In this document: positions 57,498 through 64,000 of the stretch, in pieces | Numbering within the stretch: position 1 is the first letter of the stretch | Layout of the letters: each line of letters starts with the position of its first letter | NCBI GenBank assembly: GCA_040437565.1 | Contig: JBDOQK010000019.1 | Span: 248,001-312,000, forward strand | DNA: 64,000 nucleotides | Source of the DNA: Albugo candida | Lineage: Eukaryota | Reading direction: 5' to 3' | Notes under the pieces: model-generated | Seen by the model: only the letters and a program-made list of their open reading frames with translations | Database searches by the model: none | Told to the model about the DNA's origin: nothing | Program-made: the position numbers and the translations under genes

Positions 57498-57980
57498 TCA
57501 AGGGCAAGTGATGCTCTGGTAGCTAATTTGGTTATATGCGGACGCATCACTCATATCGAGATAGTCAGGATCGTCCTGATGAATTGCATACGATAATTGT
57601 TCATCCATTTGTCGATGCATAATCATGCTCCATTTGCATTCTCCAGAACAAAACCATCCTTCATCATCTCCATCAATGGATTCTTGCGTTGCCGGCTTGA
57701 GTCGAAAAGAGAAAAAGGATCTACCGCAATTTGTGCACACTTTTGGCAATCCCGTATCCTCGCGAGCTGCAAAATTGCGTCCCCGTACACCTGTATACTT
57801 CGTCTCTCCACGATAGCGTGAAAAGAAGCAGCCATGTGAAGAATCGTGCGATTCGCTGTGAAGTGCCAAACTGCTACCATCGCTACTAATCGACATTGGG
57901 CTACTCTGCTGTTGACTTTTTTTACAGCATGAAAGGGAATTGTTGGGAATCGGTCGACCTTGCTGCATGATGGGACTCAT
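57498..57980 (-). CDS. Small protein with FCS-type (C2-C2) zinc finger
   Basis: CTNC-x24-FCSGEC motif in a 160-aa ATG-initiated ORF. Confidence 0.6.
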   Translation of the reverse strand: MSPIMQQGRPIPNNSLSCCKKSQQQSSPMSISSDGSSLALHSESHDSSHGCFFSRYRGETKYTGVRGRNFAAREDTGLPKVCTNCGRSFFSFRLKPATQESIDGDDEGWFCSGECKWSMIMHRQMDEQLSYAIHQDDPDYLDMSDASAYNQISYQSITCP

Positions 57981-58839
57981 CGCTTTGGAAACGTGTTGGA
58001 GATAGCAAATTTTATAATGATTTAAATTTCATGCTTCCTGAAGAAGCGCTTCGACAAACTCAAACACGCTGTTCGCAATAGATTGATGTTGTCAAACGCT
58101 TTGACACAAAAGTCAGAAAATCGCGACAGAGTTTTAGTGAGAAGACGCAATGGGACGCGTCCCATAGATGCTGTTTCGACTCCTATAGAAGCTCACTGAA
58201 ATCTCCCTTCGTTTTTATGTGAAATTCGACATTGTGATTCGCGTGTTAGAAATGATTTGTAGTTATTAGCGCTTGTCTCGTAAATGAGGAAAAAGAAGCT
58301 CACCGAAACTAGCGTCTTCTTGCATCTTTGCTGTCTCTCATGTGATGAACTTTATCGAACATACTTATGTTAATATCGAACGCAATGATTGACCACTGAG
58401 TGAGTGATTTTTTATGTTATCGTTATGTTGAATAGTCATGCACTCATAGAGTCCAATTAGACTCCGTAAATGAGAAGAATTATATTTTGACAAGTTCGAA
58501 AGAATTCTTTCAATCAAATGGATTGTGTATCCTTCACATCCGTCAGTACCTTTTTGTACACCACATGATATTTATTCCGATGAGCATTTCTATTACCACA
58601 CTTTTCGGTTCAACTCAACGCTTGGTATTGTCACAAAAGCATACCATATCTTCTCAATTCGGTAGCCGCGGTCTACTAAATCGGTTTATCCATCATCAAT
58701 GCCGGTCTTCTTCTGCCTGTAAGTTAGAACACGAAAATTAGGAGGACGGCTTTTACCGCTCAATTATGTGTGCACACTTAATACAAAATATATACGAAAT
58801 TTACAAGTTGAAGTTATCCTTTCCGTGCAGTATCTGAAG

Positions 58840-61800
58840 ATGGTTGAGATAGAAGAGGTTGGAAACGCGTTCGAATCTGAAGAGCTTGCTCAGCTTAATT
58901 GTACCACCAGGAGATTATACACCATTTTACATAAATCTTTACATGATCTTCAAACTACTTCAATCACTGCTGACAATAAAAGCGTTGAACCACGTTTACA
59001 ACATGACAAAGTTCGTCGCGAAACAGATTCTCTTCTCGATGTTGTAAGCAAAAATGAAAAATGTCAACAGAGAATTGAACACAGGAGGGAGGATGCAAAC
59101 ATGTTGATGGAAAGCGGTATTCTATTATACAATGTTTCGAGAAGTTTGTTGAAGTCGTACGAAAGTATGGAAAAGGATGCTAACTCAGAGGACAAATACT
59201 TGCTGATCATGACCAGATTCACCGCAACAAAAGTGATGGCGTTCTCTCTTTTAGCAGAAAGCGATCGAAAGGAGAATTTATCTATAAGTTATATCGACGA
59301 TTGTATCGATGTGTTGCGCTCACTTGGTCGTGTCGGTCTTTTGTCCCTTCAAAATATTTATATAGATGCATCGAAAAGTTCAGAGTACTTACTTTTGGCA
59401 TGCGATACACTCGCGCATTCTAGTAATATTTGGTCAAAGATTGGACTTTCGTATCTGACCAAAGTAAAGCATAATACTGAATTGGAGGAAATTCTCGAAG
59501 ACTTGTGGGATTTCAGTAGAAGCCACATGGAAGTTTTGACAATCATGATATCGACAACTGATGATAACGTTAAGCTTTCGATAAACATCAATAGTCTCAC
59601 AAACGTGTTGCACGAACTTCAAGAACTGTGCCCTTATGTCCCAGCATATACTGCGGATTTGTTAAAAGCCATTAAAACCACTGTCATAGAGTTCGAAAAA
59701 GCGGGCAAGCTGAAATACTGTATTTCGTTGATTGAAGAATCCATTCGTATCTCGGACAGCATCGAAGTCGGGCATGAAAATGCCACCGACCCATCAGCCG
59801 ACGAGTTCAAACAATTTTTGATGCTCCGTCTTTTTGAAGAGCTTTTTGAACAGAAAGATTATCAGCGAGCCGAAACATGCTACTCATTTTTACCAAATCG
59901 AAAAGATCCTTCTGCTCTACTAGTCATGCTAAAACTATGTCTCAGCCAGAAGCAGTATCAAAGAGCGAAAAACATTACCGGAGCCATAATCGAGCAAAAT
60001 AACTTCGAGAAAGCCTTATTAGCAACCAAAACAATTGTTCAGGCTGAGGAATATAGTGCGGATTCATTGATGATGTATGATACTTTGAGGCGTCAGTATG
60101 GAGGAAACTGCCTTGATGTAGACTTCGAAGAAATGTGTGATCTCATGAAAGCAAATCAGATACCTGATAGTGCAGCATTTCAGAAGCGTGTTTTGGGCCT
60201 CAATAAGAGATTGCAAGATTCAGAGAGGTAAATCTAAGCATTGTTGAATATGTGCCCTGTGTGATTTCTCATCAACGCTTCTGGTGTGATAGTGATACAA
60301 GTGCTCACTTGAACAGGCTTCACAGGTGTGTGTTTGAATTGACACATGACGAGCTAAAAAGAAATTCCTTGGAGGTACAGTTCAAGCTAAGTAGAAAAAA
60401 ACTGAGACTTTATATGCTAGATGTGCAGAACATGGGCCGAGGTAGGACTCAACTTGGCATTTAATCAGGATGAAGCGGCATGCTACATGAGGCAATTTGA
60501 AGACTACGAACTTTCCCTACCCCGACTAATGTGTAAACTGGCTGTCTTATCTAGAATTCTATCGCAAAGTTTTTCGAAAGGTGGATCTACAAAAGAGGGC
60601 GTTTACTGGGCAAAAGAAGCCTCCAAAACAGATCATTCAAAAAAATCATTATTTCTTCTTTTTGGTACCAGCTTAGTCGGCGACTCGTGTGATAGCCAGA
60701 ACTTGTCGGCCGAAAGTCTCCAGGATATTCTGAAACGAGATGATGTTGATGTGAACGATATGATTGCACTTTGCAAACTCGCTTACGACTCCAAATCAGT
60801 GGATACGTGTTACAAACTTTCAGGATGCATTTGTGAGAAGCTGTCTTCCGAGGGGACAAATATTGGTCCTATGGTTTTACCGGTTGGTGCGTTATTACAA
60901 AGTGTGGCGCAAATGCTCGTTCAGAGAAGTATGGATGCTAATCGGACAATTATCGAGGACCAATCTCTTCATCTTATGGAACAATTTGTCAATTGCTCAC
61001 GCAAATTCACGAGTGAAAATGCAGCTTCTTTCGGATCCTCCGAAGTATTCGAATGGTTTTATGCTTTGAGGTAAAGCTTGCTTATAATCTATCAAAGCTT
61101 TCGATCTCAAAAAAATGGCATCATAGTTTCCGACTCGCGAAAAAGACAAACTCATTCGATTGCTATCTAATTGCAGCGACAATTGCTGAAAGATGTAGTG
61201 AGCTTTACCGGACAACATCAAAACTACAAAGCCGCTCAATATGCTGCAAAATGGCGGCAATTTGCATCTACGTCCAGAAGCTGGAATCGCTGGATCGACC
61301 GTCACTGCAGAAGCTGTCCGACTTGATCGAACTACTATTGGAAGCGAACGCAGTCTCCGTTGATACAAGCTTATCGATCGACCGGGCTTATTTGGTAAGC
61401 TGAATCCAAGAACAACATATAGTTCATTTTCAATGCAAATATATCAGGGGAAATGTGCGCTCGCTGTGAAATTGAGATTAGGAGAGGAAGATACCTCACA
61501 GCTTCTCCAAATGTGCAAAGCTAAATTCGGCGGGAGTACTCTGGAGCTTACTGAGGCTGCCGGTATGTCGAGACCATAGCTTTCGACATATATATCCGGT
61601 CTACATTTTGCTGTCAACAGAGTTGGTACTGTATACGTCTTCATTCGCAGAAGTATCTGAGGTACGTGACTTTATGTCTGTTCTGTTGAGCATAATCTCT
61701 TATTCAAAGTAGATCCGGGACAAGTATCTTGCTCTCGCTCGAGATATTTACAAGCATGCGTACGTGAGTCTACGCTGGCATCTTATAATATAATTAGATG

Positions 61801-62261
61801 CCGCATAGATTACAAATTCTTCTACAACAAGAAAAAGCGGATGGAAGAAAGCTTGGGATTATCTTTCGCCGCATAGTTCAGTTGGCAGAAACAAGGCAAA
61901 TTGTTTTTGAGTGGTTGGAGCAGTTTCTTCAAGTGTCTCAGAGTATCGACGTTGAAGTGGAAGATATTGATGCGGAGTGGCTACTTGCAAAGTCATGGAA
62001 CTTGGTGCGTATTTGACGTGCTCAGGAGGCATTTGATCTTATATTGCATAGGGTGTTCATCATTATCGGTGTGAGCTTTTCAAGCAGGCAAAAGAGTCCT
62101 TTCAGCAGGCAATTTCGCTAATTGGTCGGTCACCTCAGAATTGAGATGATGATACTACTGATCATGAACTAGATTGTCATCCATTCCTGAAGAAGCAATA
62201 TGGATCAAGAATCAAGCAGCAACATCAGGCTATCATCGCAAAAATTGCACAACAATCGTAA
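58840..62261 (+). CDS. TEX11/ZIP4/SPO22-like TPR-type meiotic protein, multi-exon
   Basis: Long alpha-helical, TPR-like protein with FEWFYALAYNLS and a C-terminal EWLLAKSWN|GVHHYRCELFKQAKE, which resembles the TEX11/ZIP4 'WL...AWN.G' motif. Last exon ends TAA at 62259-62261. Confidence 0.6.
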
Positions 62262-62301
62262 TAAAGCGCAAATTGCCTTTATTCCTATAAAGTTGATTTT
62301 C

Positions 62302-64000
62302 TCAAGCTTCAAATATGTCGGATGGCGCCTGGTGACCAACGCCGATCACGTGAGCCTTTGTGGCGTCCAAGTAGGTATCAATGCTCGGTAGATTTCCAAA
62401 CTTTTCACCTCTCAGCACTTGAGAGGCCCATTTTCTCTCAGCATATTCACATATCTACATACAAAAGAGCATCAGCCTGAGCACGCCGTAGTTTGCTTCT
62501 TAATGGACCTCCTTTATAGCTCTGCAAGAAAGCCCTGCTGCAGCTGATGAAAGTTTCTCAAGTTCTTCCTTTGACAAATGTTTAGCGTATCTATCGGCGA
62601 GAAGTATACATAAAGATATCAATGGTCGATAGTAAAAGAAGTATATGTACCGATTGAAGACAGCTGTTCGGGCGATTTGATCTGGCAAATCGTATCGAAT
62701 GCAGAGATCGAAACGGCTAAGTAGGGCAGCATCAAGGTCCTCTTTTCTGAAGAAATACAAACGAAGTATGGCCGATGTTAGAGCGATGCATACACTCTCT
62801 TACCGATTGGTTGCACAAATAACGGTAATTTTCTCAGCAGACGCAAAGCCTTCTACTTTCTGCAGCAATACCGACAAGATCCTTCTCGAAGCCTCATGAA
62901 TACCACCAGACCGATCGCCGGCTAAAGCATCAATCTTGAAAAAGATATTGCTCCTCGTCAGTACAAGACAAAGAAAGCACTATCAAAACGACGGGAATAC
63001 CTCATCAATGAATATAATGGCTCCTTCTAGCTGTTCGCACGCATCGAAAATCGCTGACATTTTCTTCTCGCTTTCTCCGTACCACTTGGATACGACGGCT
63101 TCAACGGGAATATGAATCAATGGTATTCCCGCTTGCTGAGCGATGATTCGAGCAGTCAGTGTTTTTCCGGTTCCAGGAGGTCCTTCAAATAGGACGGCGC
63201 GAGGTCGATTACTTTCGTAACGGCAACGTGTATTTCTTGCAATTTGATCGTACAAGTCTGGATTTTGCAACGCCAACACAATAGTATCCTCGATTTCTTT
63301 TTTCACATCATTATAGCCAGCCTATGCGTAGCAAATTAGAGCTTGTATATATGTTCAAGATGATCATGGCCAAAGATCAAGGTACCAAGCTGTCCCAATT
63401 TAGCGCGCTTTCGTCTTCTGATTTCGAATTATAAACTTCGAGTCCAAGAGACTGCAATTGTTCAATAGCGCTTTCTTTCGACTTTAACCCAGATTCTTGC
63501 TTTTGATGTCGAGGATGCACTCTTGAACGTAACATCGACTCGCGCTTGAATGCTGCCACGTTTTGATCAGAGAACAATGCTTTATAGGCATCCACAACCG
63601 CATTAATTTCAGCACTGGACAAGAATTCGTCTCTGTAGAAAACAAAGGTAGATTCTAAAATTGTACCACTACGAATATTGGGAAGCATATGGAATGAACC
63701 ATTTCCATTACATAGAATGAAATTCAGAAATGGAGGATGTGAATTCTTCGCACTCCCATTTTCACTCGCTTGGACTTCAATTGAGATAGCCGCATCCGAA
63801 TTTTGCAATGATGCCACAAATTCTCCCAGTATCAAAGGTGTTTGTATGAAAGAGGGACAATTGAACGATATACGTAGGGTCGGAATACCGTTTGGTGCAT
63901 TCATCCGTGTAATACTAAGCTTTGGGATCGGATAATGAGGTGGAAGTTGGTCACTTTGTGACAACTTGTTTCGGAATTCTGTCAACTCGCTCCGTAACTG
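62302..64000 (-). CDS. AAA+ ATPase (single AAA module, SpoVK/CDC48-like superfamily), multi-exon, 5' end outside the window
   Basis: Walker A GPPGTGKT, Walker B IIFIDE, TVICATNRKEDLDAALLSRF (SRH) and ICEYAERKWAS. Stop TGA at 62302-62304. Confidence 0.9.

Noticed and set aside
58150-58165. Perfect 16-bp palindrome ATGGGACGCGTCCCAT in a divergent intergenic region
   Set aside because: About one palindrome with 8-bp arms is expected by chance in 64 kb. No second copy or element structure was seen.
3241-62261. Possible functional cluster of centrosome/kinetochore/meiosis genes (CEP162, CENP-L, kinesin-13, TEX11), or of two F-box chimeras
   Set aside because: They are widely interspersed with unrelated housekeeping genes, and no shared regulatory motif was seen.
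1-64000. Prokaryotic systems (CRISPR arrays, defence operons), rRNA/tRNA genes, telomeric repeats
   Set aside because: The sequence is intron-containing eukaryotic DNA and no such repeats or RNA signatures were recognised by eye. A tRNAscan-SE/Infernal run would be needed to exclude small ncRNAs.

Overview
This is eukaryotic, gene-dense DNA with short (~50-80 nt) spliceosomal introns and very short intergenic spacers. Gene content and compactness point to an oomycete, most plausibly a white-rust (Albugo-like) pathogen; that assignment is inference, not a database result. About 22 protein-coding genes are supportable: a FYVE/F-box/SAM/trypsin protease fusion, an EF-hand-like/MYND protein, CEP162, a HAD-like (DWDDT) protein, an ApgM-type phosphoglycerate mutase, CENP-L, HEATR5, an SR splicing factor, RICTOR, mitochondrial uL4, kinesin-13, an F-box/MATH/UBL/UBA/ZZ protein, Tim9, a TRP/Flc-like membrane protein, a METTL21-like methyltransferase, a PX protein, NOL8, an FCS zinc-finger protein, a TEX11/ZIP4-like protein and an AAA ATPase, plus a few orphans. 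All six 100-N gaps are flanked by direct duplications of 51-1153 bp that look like unmerged contig overlaps. A gene-poor island at ~43.7-51.4 kb holds a frameshifted secreted protein and possible decayed effector relics. The two best candidates for novel biology are ubiquitin-system chimeras: an F-box protein carrying the MATH and UBL1-2 substrate-binding modules of the deubiquitinase USP7 but no catalytic domain, and a FYVE/F-box/SAM protein fused to an apparently active serine protease. No rRNA, tRNA, CRISPR array or intact transposon was recognised. All family calls come from motif recognition by eye.
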